Positions 47,800-58,750 of a stretch of 64,000 bases of DNA are shown here, piece after piece (position 1 is the first letter of the stretch; each line of letters opens with the position of its first letter). Source of the stretch: Macrostomum lignano (Eukaryota); NCBI GenBank assembly GCA_002269645.1, contig NIVC01002283.1, positions 123,112 to 187,111 of the forward strand, read 5' to 3'. The notes under the pieces are model-generated. The model made no database searches. It was given only the letters and a program-made list of their open reading frames with translations, and had not been told where the DNA came from. A program made the position numbers and the translations under genes.

Positions 47800-50260
47800 G
47801 CACATCAAACAAACAATTCAGTTTTCAGTCCAGTGGCATCATCACCGCCGTGAAGCACAGCGACTGGGCTGCGCGGATCGTGCCGGTCGTCAAGAAGGAC
47901 GGCAGCGTTCGGATTTGCGGGGACTACACAAGCTGACGACCTACAACGCGGTGAGCAAGCCGGAGCACTACCCGCTGCCTCGCATCGAGGACCTCTTCGC
48001 CAAGCTCGGCGGCGGCTTCAAGTGGACCAAGCTCGAACTGTCCAACACCTTGCAGCACCCGCGCTGGCCGACGACAGAAAGGCGTTTCTCACCATCAACA
48101 CGTCTAAAGGCCTCTTCCAGGTCAATCGCCTCCCATTCGGTATCACGAGCGCCAGCGCGATCTTTCAACGCACCCTGGACACCCTTCTGGGAGAATTGGA
48201 CGCCGTCCAAATCTTCGTCGAAGACAGTCTGGTCACCGGCAGCACAATGGAACAGCACAAGAGGAACCTGGCGCTGGTCCTGCGGCGCTTTAAGGACCCC
48301 GGCCTACGACTCAACAAGGAGAAATGCAAATTCTTCGAGGACTCTGTTGAGTACCTCAGCCATCGGATCGATGCCAGCGGACTCAAGCCGCTGCCGGATC
48401 GGGTCACCGCCGTCCAGGACGCGCCAGCACCCAAGGACGTCAGCCAGCTGCACTCGTTTCTGGGCATGCTAGCGCAGTACTGCAAGTTCCTGCCCAACTT
48501 GTCTGGCGCCGCTCCACCAGCTCTTGGCCAAGAACACTCGCTGGTCATGGGGGCCACCGCAGCAACAGGCATTCGCAGAGGCCAAGCGGCTGCTGCTCGA
48601 GTCCACGGTTGTCGTGCACTACAATCCAAATCTGCCGCTGCTGGGTCTGCTGGGCGAGCGCAAGGGCATCCCGGCACACGCGGCCGCCCGGATGCAGCGC
48701 TGAGCCATTTGGCTGTCGAGCTACGACTACACGCTGGAGTTCAGGCCGACCGAAACGCATGCAAATTGCGACTCGCTCTCGCGACTGCCGCTTTCGCACC
48801 TGTTCGAGGAGGAGGCGGCCGTCAACTCACTGCTGCTCGACGAGGGCTCTGGGTCGGCCATCACGGCGCTGGCGGCGGCGCGGCACACTAGGACGGACGC
48901 CTCACTCGGTCGGGTGCTTCGCTGCTTGCAAACTAGCGCGCCCATCGGCGCTAACCTGAGCAACTTCGCCTGGCGGCCAACCGGTCGACCAAGATTGTGT
49001 CCTGTGGAGCGCAAAGGTCGTCGTGCCGACCGCGCTGCGTCAACACGTGATCCAAGAGTTACATCAGGCGCATCCCGGCATCAGCAGAATGCGCGCCCTG
49101 GCTCACAGCTACGTGTGGTGGCCCGGCCTTGGCTTCGGCCTTGGCAGGACTTGGCCGGTAGCCGTGGCCAAGTCCTGCCGCAACTGTCAGCTCAACCAGC
49201 CCGACCCGCCCAAGGCACGGTGCAACCGTGTCCTCTGCCGTCCGAGCCATGGGAGCGCCTGCACATCGACTTTGCCAGTCCGGTCGACGGTCACACGTAC
49301 CTGTGGTGGTCGATGCTCATAGCAAGTGGCCGGAGGTCCAGCGGATGCGCGTTACAACGTCGGCGGCCACCATCGCGGCGCTGCAGGATATGTTCGCGCG
49401 CCAAGGCATTCCACGCACCGTGGTGTCCGACAACGGGTCGCAGTTCGCCTCCGCTGAGTTCGCCGAGCTCACCCGGGCTAACGGCATTCGTCACGTGTTC
49501 TCGGCGCCGTTTCATCCCGCCACCAACGGCCAGGCCGAGAGCTTTGTGCAAGACCTGAAGCGACATCTACTCAAGAGCGGCCACTCCGACGTTGAGCTTC
49601 AGTGACTGCTGCTCAGCTATTGCAACTCTCCACACAGCATCAGCGGCGTTGCCCCGAGTCAGCTGCTCATCGACCGTCGGCTTCGCTGCCGCCTGGACCT
49701 CTTGGCACCGTCGCTGACCGATGACGTTCAACGACGGCAGGAGCGACAGCTGCAGGAACGCAGACCGGCGCGCGAGTTTCAGCTGGGTGATCACGTCCTC
49801 CTCCGCGACTACAGCGCCGGCGCGATAGCCGGTGACATGCCACGCTGGGCTGAGGGCGTCGTCACGGGCGCCGGCAGCCGCAACTACACGGTTGACTCGG
49901 AGCGTGGCCAGCACTTCCGGCACACTGATCAGCTGGTGGCAGCCCGCGCTGACTCCGCTGACACCGTCCATCCGCCGCCTGCTACGGATGACGGCGCCGC
50001 CCCGAGTGACAGTGGCGTGCGAAGCGCTGACACCGAAACCCCCGCCGTCACGGCCAGCGAGGGGGCGTCCGGCACTGACGTCGAGCCTACGAGCGGTGTG
50101 CGACTCGAGCCTGGCACTTCTCGGCGGTAACCCTGAGGGTTCGAGGCCCACCTCAGAGACTACAGCTGTGAAGGGGGGAACTGACTCAGGGGGGGGGGGA
50201 GTGTGACATTGTGGTGTTATGCAATTGAATAAAGCAAGTTTGAAAAAAATCGGTTCAGGC
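47800..50260 (+). mobile_element. Decayed Ty3/Gypsy LTR retrotransposon: RT, partial RNase H, integrase, PPT and start of 3' LTR
   Basis: [45 protein letters not shown]; YxDD degraded to FVED; HPGISRM..WWPG; PWERLHIDFA; VSDNGSQF; HPATNGQAE. Many frameshifts. Polypurine tract 50188-50201 is followed by TGTG. Confidence 0.92.
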
Positions 50261-50445
50261 ATTCAGGCTGTAGACTGGAATACCGGTCAAACCTTAGAGA
50301 TTTAGTATATTGTGATTATTCTTAGTGTATTCTTAGTTAGTTACTAGCAATCTGCGCCCCCCGTTGAGGAGACAAAGAAATGCAATGCACATTTTTTTAA
50401 TAAGCTACATGTAGCCTTGAAATCTTAAAAAATCTCCTGTCAAAC

Positions 50446-50730
50446 TTCTAACCCTAACCCTAACCCTAATCATAATCCATGAGTTTTTGCATGATGCTTC
50501 TATGATTTTTTGTATGACGCTTCCATTATTTTTTTGCATGACGCTTCCATGATTTTTCACATGTCGCTTCCATTATTTTTGCATGACGCTTCTATGATGA
50601 ACATTTTTAATAAGCTACATGAGCTAAGTTATAAGCTAAACTAACCCTAGCCCTAACCCGAATCTTAACGCTATAACCCTGAACCTAACCCTAAACCTAA
50701 ACTCTAATACCAACCCTAACACAAACCCTA
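50446..50730. repeat. Two short degenerate (TAACCC)n telomere-like tracts flanking a ~25-bp repeat
   Basis: ctaaccctaaccctaaccctaa at ~50448-50470; degenerate tract 50640-50730; gcatgacgcttccatgatttttt repeats at ~50488-50600. Confidence 0.8.
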
Positions 50731-51662
50731 CAGCCTGACATCTGCATAAGTTTGTGAAGCGCTAGTAGTATTTTTTAGCTTAGTATCTTAGCGTTAGGGA
50801 GCAAAAAATGCAGTACAAGTTTCGTAATAAACTACATATAGCATCTCTTTGCATTATACCTCAGCAGTCCCTTGTAAGCCTTGACATGTCAGTAATTCCC
50901 CCCACAAGCTTTAACATATCAACTTCCCCCTTGACATCTCAGCGATGCCCCCATAAGCCTTGAAATCTAAAAAATCTGTCATAGTTATTATTTGCGAGCG
51001 CGCTGGAATTGAGTGGCTATAGTGTGTTTCAGTGCGTGTGCACTGCGCCGGGTAGTATGTTTGCGTCTCACGCGCGGCTAGCATGGTGGGGTCTGGGCGG
51101 TCAGGCCAACCATCCTTTAGTCCTAGGGTAAATAAACGTGTCTTATAAAGAGCCCAGTTGAATGATCTGATTCTCTTCGTTTTTCTACGCACTCAACTCA
51201 ATTACAAGCCTTTAGCTTCAATCTATTACACTCACTACTCACATTTCGTACCAAGACTCATGGTAAATATGTAGAGAGACAGAAGCAAACGAGTTGAATG
51301 GCTATAATGCCATGAATTACTGGCCATAAACTCGGTTACAGAATAAGTTAAGATTGCAGGTTAATGAGATGGTGAGCAATAGGGGGACCGGGCTAACGAT
51401 ACACGTTCGGGGCAGTGCAACAGAGAAAAATTCGATTCAGACGTGGCCGACAGGCAGGGCCGTTACGATGGTCTCGGCGGTGGCTGCAGTGCGGACGATG
51501 AGTCCAGATGAGACACCTCGTCAGGAGGGAGGTTAAAATCAAGTCGTGTCGCCTCAAGAGTCGAGAGGAAGAGCAACAAACACTCAAAAAGTGTTGGATG
51601 GGGTGGGGGAACGGACGGTAAAAACGGTGGAAAAGAGGGGGAAGGGCGCACGAGATTTCCCA

Positions 51663-51802
51663 CAGGAAGTTTTCCCGCCGAGGTATTCCCGCGAGAGCCC
51701 GCGCCCGCCCCGCCCGCGTGATATTAAAGGCCGTGTCTTGTCCTAGAGCTCCGTTACCAAGCAAACCCTGATGACGTCACCCGCCAGCCGCGCTGTGATT
51801 GG
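51663..51802. promoter_or_regulatory. Orphan CpG-rich cluster of promoter motifs (ETS, E2F, GC box, CRE, CCAAT)
   Basis: CAGGAAGT 51663, TTTCCCGC 51671, TCCCGCGAGA 51687, CCCGCCCC 51704, TGACGTCA 51772, GATTGG 51797. No recognisable CDS adjacent. Confidence 0.45.
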
Positions 51803-52248
51803 ACGAGAAATTGGGGTCGGGCGCAGCGGAGAAAAATGATTTAAGATGGGGGATTCCGTAACAGGCAAGAAAAAGCTTGCGGAGGTAAGGGGACCTAAAA
51901 CTGTCGCACGCATGAGTGGTTTCTAACAAAAGAAAGGAGATGGGGTTGGTGCGCGGGGGATTGGAGTGGGAGATAAGCATAAGTCATCGTGATGACTCAT
52001 CTCAATGAGTAATCACGGGGGCGCAAAAATCACAGAGGAGGAAGGGAGGGTGCACAAAAATTTGTTGGGGTCCAGGACGTGCCTACATCACCTGTAATGA
52101 AATTTGGCATGGATAGAAGCTGAGATATGATAAGCCGCTTTTAAATAAATTTGTTTTGCATGTAAATATTTGTTTTGTCTACGGTTAAAATTCATATAAA
52201 GCGTTTTTCTATAAAGTTTATGATTCGTCACGTTAGCCTCCAAATTTA

Positions 52249-52708
52249 CTATTGCTTTTGTCAGCCTAACTGAGAATAAAGCCACCCAAAATGAGAATCC
52301 TGCCTACGCTGACTGCGAAGGGCCTGGCTGCGTGCAGCCTTAGTCTATGGGCCATAGACAATAAAGGACAAGCAAAGTGATAAAAAGCCATCAAATGTGA
52401 GAAACGATTGGTCTATGCGTCGTATTCTTTTATTTTTATACCTTCTGAGCTTCTGAGCCATATGACTAGCCAATCCTAGCTTATCCTTTATAGTCTATGG
52501 CTCATAGACTAGGCTGGACGCAGCTAGGCCCTTCGTATTCAGCGTAGGCAAGATTCTCACATTGGATGGCTTTTTATCACTTTGCTTATCCTTTATAGTC
52601 TATGGCCCATAGACTAAGGCTGCACGCAGCCAGGCCCTTCGCAGTCAGCGTAGGCAGGATTCTCACTTTGGATGGCTTTATTCTCAGTTAGGCTGACAAA
52701 ACCAATAC
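52249..52708. mobile_element. Palindromic MITE with ~160-bp arms and TA flanks (Tc1/mariner-type target)
   Basis: ttttgtcagcctaactgagaataaagcc...agtgataaaaagccatc mirrored by gatggctttttatcact...ttctcagttaggctgacaaaa. TA at 52247-48 and 52709-10. Confidence 0.85.
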
Positions 52709-52869
52709 TACTCTTTCTGTCCTTCGATTGTCATGTGACTTCTCAATAGAAGCTTTCAACCGCAACTAGTGGGACTGGACTATTTCTTTGTATTTCAGTG
52801 ACATCGTCCCACAATCAGCGCTCAGGCAATTCAGTCCATTCCACTGACTCCTGATCACATACAAGGGCG

Positions 52870-52965
52870 CCAATGCTGTGCGCGGGCACGCACTCATACA
52901 CACGGCCCTTTGACTTTCAAATGGTCAGGCATGTACACTCTCTGTACCTTGGGGTTGCATCGCGC
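52870..52965 (-). mobile_element. Diverged SINE family B fragment
   Basis: cggccctttgac...ggcatgtacactctctgtaccttggggttg matches the family B body. Confidence 0.45.
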
Positions 52966-53680
52966 TGCCTCAGAAGAAATTTGAAATTGTTCTCCGTCTA
53001 ATTCACTGTTGAGAATTAAGTGGGCTCAGCCTCATGAATAATAGATATCACTTGCTTTCCATGAATAGCGTGAGCTAGCTCCATGACAACGGATTTTCCT
53101 GCTATTGAAGTGGCAAACAGAAGTAGTGAAGAATTGGGACTGAAGAGAGAAAGTGAGAGAGATTCAGTGTGGTAGAGGTATGTAAAACTAGGCTCAGCAA
53201 TGGGCTCTTGGAGAGTAAAATTTCTGGTTCTCAAGCTGACTGAAAGCTCCCAGCAAAGATGTGTGTACTGCTTAAAAGGAATTGAATTCTAGTTCAAATT
53301 TGCAGAAGGTAAAGCGCACTGCTCCCATTGTCTAGCAGAGTCAACTTACCCTCAAATAGTCCATACTATAGCTTTGCGAATTGCGATCCAGAAATTCGAT
53401 GAAGCTAACCCTCTCCGCACTGAACCTTCTTGTTTACCGAACCTGTTCGGCGGGAAAAGCTTTCATTAAATAAAGTCTGCTCGTGATGGTGCTTCTAGCT
53501 CAGACTTTAGCGACGCTGAATTCCTTTAAGCTTAAGAAACTCACCTTGAATCGATCTTATTGGCTGTGGAGAAGTATATTTGAGTGTCGAAATGCAATAT
53601 TAAAGGCATTCACTACCTTAGAATTGATACTTGTCACGCGAGCTGCATCGACTGACTCTACCCGCAATTGTTTCACTAAA

Positions 53681-54984
53681 ATGTTGCAGCTCAGAAAATT
53701 ATTGCTTTTTGTTGCCATCGCAACCCAGCTGACCAGCTGCTACTCCAAGATGCCTAAGCAAGATTTCGAGGCGGCTTTGCTGAAGTATCTGAAAAACAAC
53801 ATCACGGACTACAGCCCGACTCTGCTACCAGCCTTGGACAGTCAGTCAGTGAGCGTCTACTTGTCCACCTCGATAGGTCAGATTGTGAGTGTGGACAGCG
53901 CCAAGCAGAGCATTAAAATTACTGCCCTGATATTTGCAACTTGGTATGAGGAAAGACTGGTCTGGGATCCTAAAGAGTTTGGCAACATCACCGTGATAGA
54001 TTGGGAGATCGGCAGAATCTACTTCCCCGTGATATTTTTGTGCACTGGCATTGGAGAAAACCAGCTTCTGAGTCCACAGTTCCCACCCTACATCACATCC
54101 GTGGCACCAGAAAGTCAGTGGTATCAGCCATCTGGAGGCGTGAGTGGGAGTTCTCCTGCGAATTCGACATGCGTCGGTTTCCGTTCGATCGGCACACCTG
54201 CGACTTGGAGCTGTCCGCTAACGACCAGGGGCGGGGAAAAGGACAACCTGCTGTAAAAAAGGGCAGCCTTCAGTACGGCCCATCAGTGGAATTCAATGAA
54301 GTGGGGGCCTATGTTAGGAACAGCGAATGGAATCTGCTGAACTTGAGCACGTTCGTGCGCAACAAAAAGTATGAAGTTTTCAAAGGACAACCGAAAATGC
54401 CGCTGCCGACCTACGTGGTACAACTGGAGATCGAGCGGGTGTCCACTTACTACATGCTCAACGTGGTGACTCCCCTGCTGCTGCTCACACTGCTCCAGGT
54501 GCTCGTCTTCTTCGTGCCAGTCGAGTCTGGAGAGAAGCTGAGCTTCGGCATCACCATCATGCTGAGCTACACGGTGTTCCTGCTGCTGCTGGACGGCCTG
54601 CTGCCCAAGTCGCAGTCGATGCCGGCCGTGGCGTCGTTCATCACGGCGGCCATGGTGCTGTCGACGACGTCTCTGCTGCTCACGGCGGTGGCGATTCGGT
54701 TCCACTTCGCTGCGGAGTCTCAGCCGATGCCGTCGTGTCTCCGGTTCGTGTTCGTGTGCTGCCTGGGCCGAGCGCTGCTGTGCGGTGAGCGACGAGGGGG
54801 CGTCAGGACGGTGCCAGAAGGAGACAGCGATGACTCCGCGGTGAGCAAGGCGAGCGATGACGGCGAGAGGCGCTCGGACTGGAAAACAGCTTCAACCGCC
54901 GTGGAGCGGCTTATGGCCGTTATGGGTTGTGTGGCGATTTTCACCATTTTGTTCGCGTTCCTGGTTTGGCCCTTCCTCGAATAG
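53681..54984 (+). CDS. Intronless Cys-loop ligand-gated cation channel subunit (nAChR-like, non-alpha) with one -1 frameshift near 54101
   Basis: Signal peptide MLQLRKLLLFVAIATQLTSCYS; W.EERLVWDP; Cys-loop CEFDMRRFPFDRHTC; M1-M4 with GEK linker. ORFs 53483..54256 and 54001..54984 join if one base is added at tcc g^t ggc, giving YITSDG. Either pseudogene or sequencing error. Confidence 0.85.
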
Positions 54985-55224
54985 CTGGTTTCAAATCACA
55001 CGACTTCTGTTTTGCTGCTTTTTTAGATATTAATGTGGAATCTTACTACTGTTAAGTAACAGCGATGAAATCTTCAGAGTATCTTTTGGAATTCAGATTC
55101 TGTTTTTATGCCGAATAACTTTTCTCTTTTATCTGTTCTACGTGTTTATCGATTTTCTCAACTTGTTAATTTTTTTACCCACACCCCCTGTCTTTACTCC
55201 TAGCCTTGCTTATTGTTTGGATCT

Positions 55225-55480
55225 CCCTTTGCCACATGCTGCTGGGCCACTGCCTACGGAGTCACGGCCTCGGCGACCAAGTCCTGTTAGCGCTGGTCCT
55301 CCAGCACCAGCCGACAGAGCGGAAGCGCCATGGCCAAGGGCGAACTGAGACGCTGACAGACTGTTTTGTGGCTGACTTGCAGGCGCTGGGTCTCAGCCCC
55401 CAGACCGAAGCCGCCTTGCCCCTCCCGCCTGTTTCGCGAGCGTGTGTCGATCCCTGTTATTCCAGGAACTTCTTGAGCTA
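55225..55480 (+). mobile_element. Second RTE-like LINE 3' fragment
   Basis: LLGHCLR...LVLQHQPTERKRHGQGRTETLTD parallels LAGHVIR...VLLWTPQEPRRRGQGRSARYVD of the element at 20423-21020. Confidence 0.6.
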
Positions 55481-55999
55481 GCACCTTTCTTTAGGAGTCC
55501 CTGGTTATTCTCTCTTCTTCTTAGTCGGCTTCCTGTGCGCTGTCTCTGTCGCTTCACGCACCTCAGATACGTAAAAATTTAAATCTCTTTATTCAAAGAA
55601 CCTTTTCTCTGAACAGGCATCGCAAAAGACCACTAGCTCGTATCAGATATGCTTTACTGCTACGAGTACCATGCAAAGTTTTGCTTGGAAAATTTTCTTA
55701 TCCAAGAAATTCCAATTATACTTTCGCTTACCAGTAAAACAAATATTTTCCTCTTATTTAAGCAATACTTCATATCCTTCACTTATATTTACATGATTTC
55801 TTCAGTTATATTTACATGAAATTCTTCAAACTGAGTCAGAGAAAATGAAAACCAAACTCATTCGCAATTGAATTAAACTCCTGTCCAAGTTCAGCACATG
55901 AAAACGAAATACGAAAAATTGCAAATCCAAGCTAGCAGGCCACTGAGAAAGAGGCCAATCGCTGCCGGTGATCGACGAAGGCCACATTGACAAAAATGA

Positions 56000-56268
56000 T
56001 TGTAGCCTAGTGGTTAGAGCGTCGGACTCACGACTTAAAGGTCGGGGGTTCGATTCCCGATCCCACTGGAACAATTTGTTACCTTGAGCAAGACACTCAA
56101 CTCTGCATTGCTTCAGCTCACCCAGCTGTAAAATGGGTGCCAGCATTAGCTGGGGTAATTCAGGGTGTGGCGACCCCCCAGTCCTTAGACTGAACAGCCG
56201 TACGCAGCCTTCAGATGCGCCGCGCAATAGCTAATATAGGCAGGTGTAATCAATTATTATTATTACAT
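56000..56268 (+). mobile_element. tRNA-derived SINE family A with MIR/CORE-like central domain and (ATT)n tail
   Basis: A-box TAGCCTAGTGG, B-box GGTTCGATTCC (56047-56057), central ccttgagcaagacactcaac...cagctgtaaaatggg, tail aatcaattattattatta. Second copy at 26725-27010 (-). Confidence 0.82.
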
Positions 56269-57408
56269 TACTAATACTAGTTACTAGTGAGCCGCTAGTT
56301 TAGTGTTTGGCGTCGACCTACCATCAGCAGTTCCCTCGCCCTCGCCCTCGCTCCGGGTTGCTGTCTGCCGCTGGGCAGCCTCCCGCCCCCTTTTTGTCCG
56401 CCTGTTTGCTGTCCCCCCCCGTTTTCTGCCGCCCTTTCCCGTTTTCTGATTGAATGGGTCCTGTACGTCTGATAAGCTTGACTCTGATTGGCTGAGCTCA
56501 AGACTCAAAAACCTTCTGCATCGGACTGCCCCTCATGCACGCCCGGGAACTTAACAGGCATAAGTAATAAATAATGGTGAGAAACTCTCTCAAGACACCT
56601 TGACGTCGAAAGGGACACGCTAGGCGTTTATAAAATGACAGATTGGAGAATTATAAGCAATCATAAATACCAAATAATTGAGAGAAAAGAGTTGACTTAT
56701 GATCACTTCTCCAAGCCCTTTAATGCTAAAAGTGATAGGTAACATGTGACAGATTATAAATAAAAGTTGGTCCAGACAGGTTGATCTAAAAAATCGATCC
56801 CTAAAATTAGTATATGATGCGCTAAAAAAGAAGAATCATAACCTAGCCTACTACGAGTAAGAGAAAGAAGATTTGAATTCAGGCGCGATTCTAAGATCGA
56901 AAAAGTGCGTCCTCATCATGTAAGCGCAAAGGGCAAACGCCTGGGCGTCTCCGACATTGTTTTGTTTAACGGGTATCTGAGTTATATACATTAATTTTAG
57001 CAGGTACATATGTATGTATTTATTACCAGCGTAAATGTACTTTTTGTTCTTGCATCTGCATAACATATGTATAACATCCAGTGGGGATATTTCAGCACGC
57101 TTATTGCCTCGTCCTGAGGCTCTCTTTCAAAATGCAGTAGCTACAGTTCATGTATTTATCAGAGTTCATTCGTTTCTTGGTCAATAGAACATAAGAGCTG
57201 GTGATAATTGAACTTACACATAAAACAATCAAGTAAACGTACAAACCTGGCCACATGTAAATTTTTGCCCAGTTTTTTATTTACGAAATCCGACAGTCGC
57301 CCTAGATGGGTCTTTTAAGCTTTATAAAGCACGGAACTACACATAAATTAACTGAAAAGTTGGTTTCAATGATAAGATTGAGGCTCGTTCGGGCATGCAG
57401 TAAACCGA

Positions 57409-57895
57409 TCCAGTAGCCCCAATTCCCGTGCAACATTCCGACGTCATATACGACGCCGACGTATCTGACCCGACGCAGTGTTAGCGCAGCACCGCCAATT
57501 CAATAAATAAACAAGAAAAAAATATTTGCGCGGTTAATATTTTTATTGCAAAAGCTTATACATTGTTGGAACCAACCAGCCCGTTCAGAAATCCGACATC
57601 GGCGACATCGACCTACATTTCCGGCGTCTATCGACGTCGCTGACATATATGTACTCGAATCGAATCGATGTAAGGATCCACAGAGTATTCATTGGGTGTT
57701 CATCTCCCTTGGGGTGGTACCGGTGGTCCCGCGGGACTACAGTCCCCCTCCAGTGGCGCCGCCACTGACCCGACGTACTCGATGTTGATGGACGTTGCTG
57801 GAGTTTGGGTATTTTTCGAAGACGGATAATGACGTCATAATAGGCGTTTACCAACAGCGTCGACAGACGTCCGAAATAACGTCGGACTGCTGAAT
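57409..57895. mobile_element. Possible old non-autonomous DNA element rich in GACGTC/CGAC motifs (EnSpm-like CCCAG-type ends)
   Basis: Imperfect ends tccagtagcc ... ggactgctgaa and many ccgacgt/gacgtc motifs inside. Confidence 0.3.
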
Positions 57896-58750
57896 AGGAT
57901 TAGAAGTCTGAATGGGGGGATATATTTTATACGATTTGTGATTAAAAATGGTTAAAAATCGGCGCCTCAACTCAAAAGGGGGAAGGTTTAGTAGAATAAA
58001 AAATTCAGATAAAAAAGATAAACACCAAGCTGCGCAGATTGCATGAACACAGGAACTCTGCTAAATCAATGTCAACTGGCAGCAGCATATTCACTAATCA
58101 AGCAGATAAAATTAGATCAAGCTAGTTAAACTGGAAGAGGGATAGATCAAGCTGCGAGATTACAAATTTTAAGCATATATGTATGTTCTTGGGTTCAAAT
58201 GGCACAGAAATATATGGCCTTGTTACGGTTAAATGATTTCTAAATTAAGCTAAACAGTACGAATACCAAGTCATTTTTCAACCGTTTTTATGAGTAAACC
58301 AATCGTTTTTTTAGAACCTCCAGACCGTCGAGATATTCAGAGATTCTCCCCGAACTTTGGTGCATTCAGCACACCCCTGTGAGCCAATTGGCACAGAACC
58401 TCAGTGCGGCCTCGACCACATTAGTCTCTATCATCTCCGACATCAGAGGCCACTGGTCGTCTCGCCTTTTAGGAGCTTCTGGATAAATATCATAAAAATA
58501 TCCTACGACGGCAAGCACCAGGCGACTATGGACACAATTTAGCGACTAAGCTTCTATAGTGGGCAAAGCTCAACTGCCTGCTAGGCATCTTTAACTAGTC
58601 TTACCCTTGGTATTTCTACTGTTATTGCGCTGATCTGAAAAGTCTATGAGTTTAGAAAGCGTTTGAAAAAACATGTGGCTAATTTACAACTAAAAATGTT
58701 TTCACTTGAAAAAAAATTAATAGATTGTAATAAAAACGTAATGCCATTTT

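Noticed and set aside
54138-54146. Perfect donor-like GTGAGT near the Cys-loop frameshift as an intron explanation
   Set aside because: Splicing here would remove the Cys-loop-coding sequence immediately downstream, so it cannot resolve the frameshift.
56000-56065. tRNA-like sequence
   Set aside because: Anticodon and acceptor stems do not pair and it continues into a SINE body. It is called as a SINE head, not a tRNA gene.
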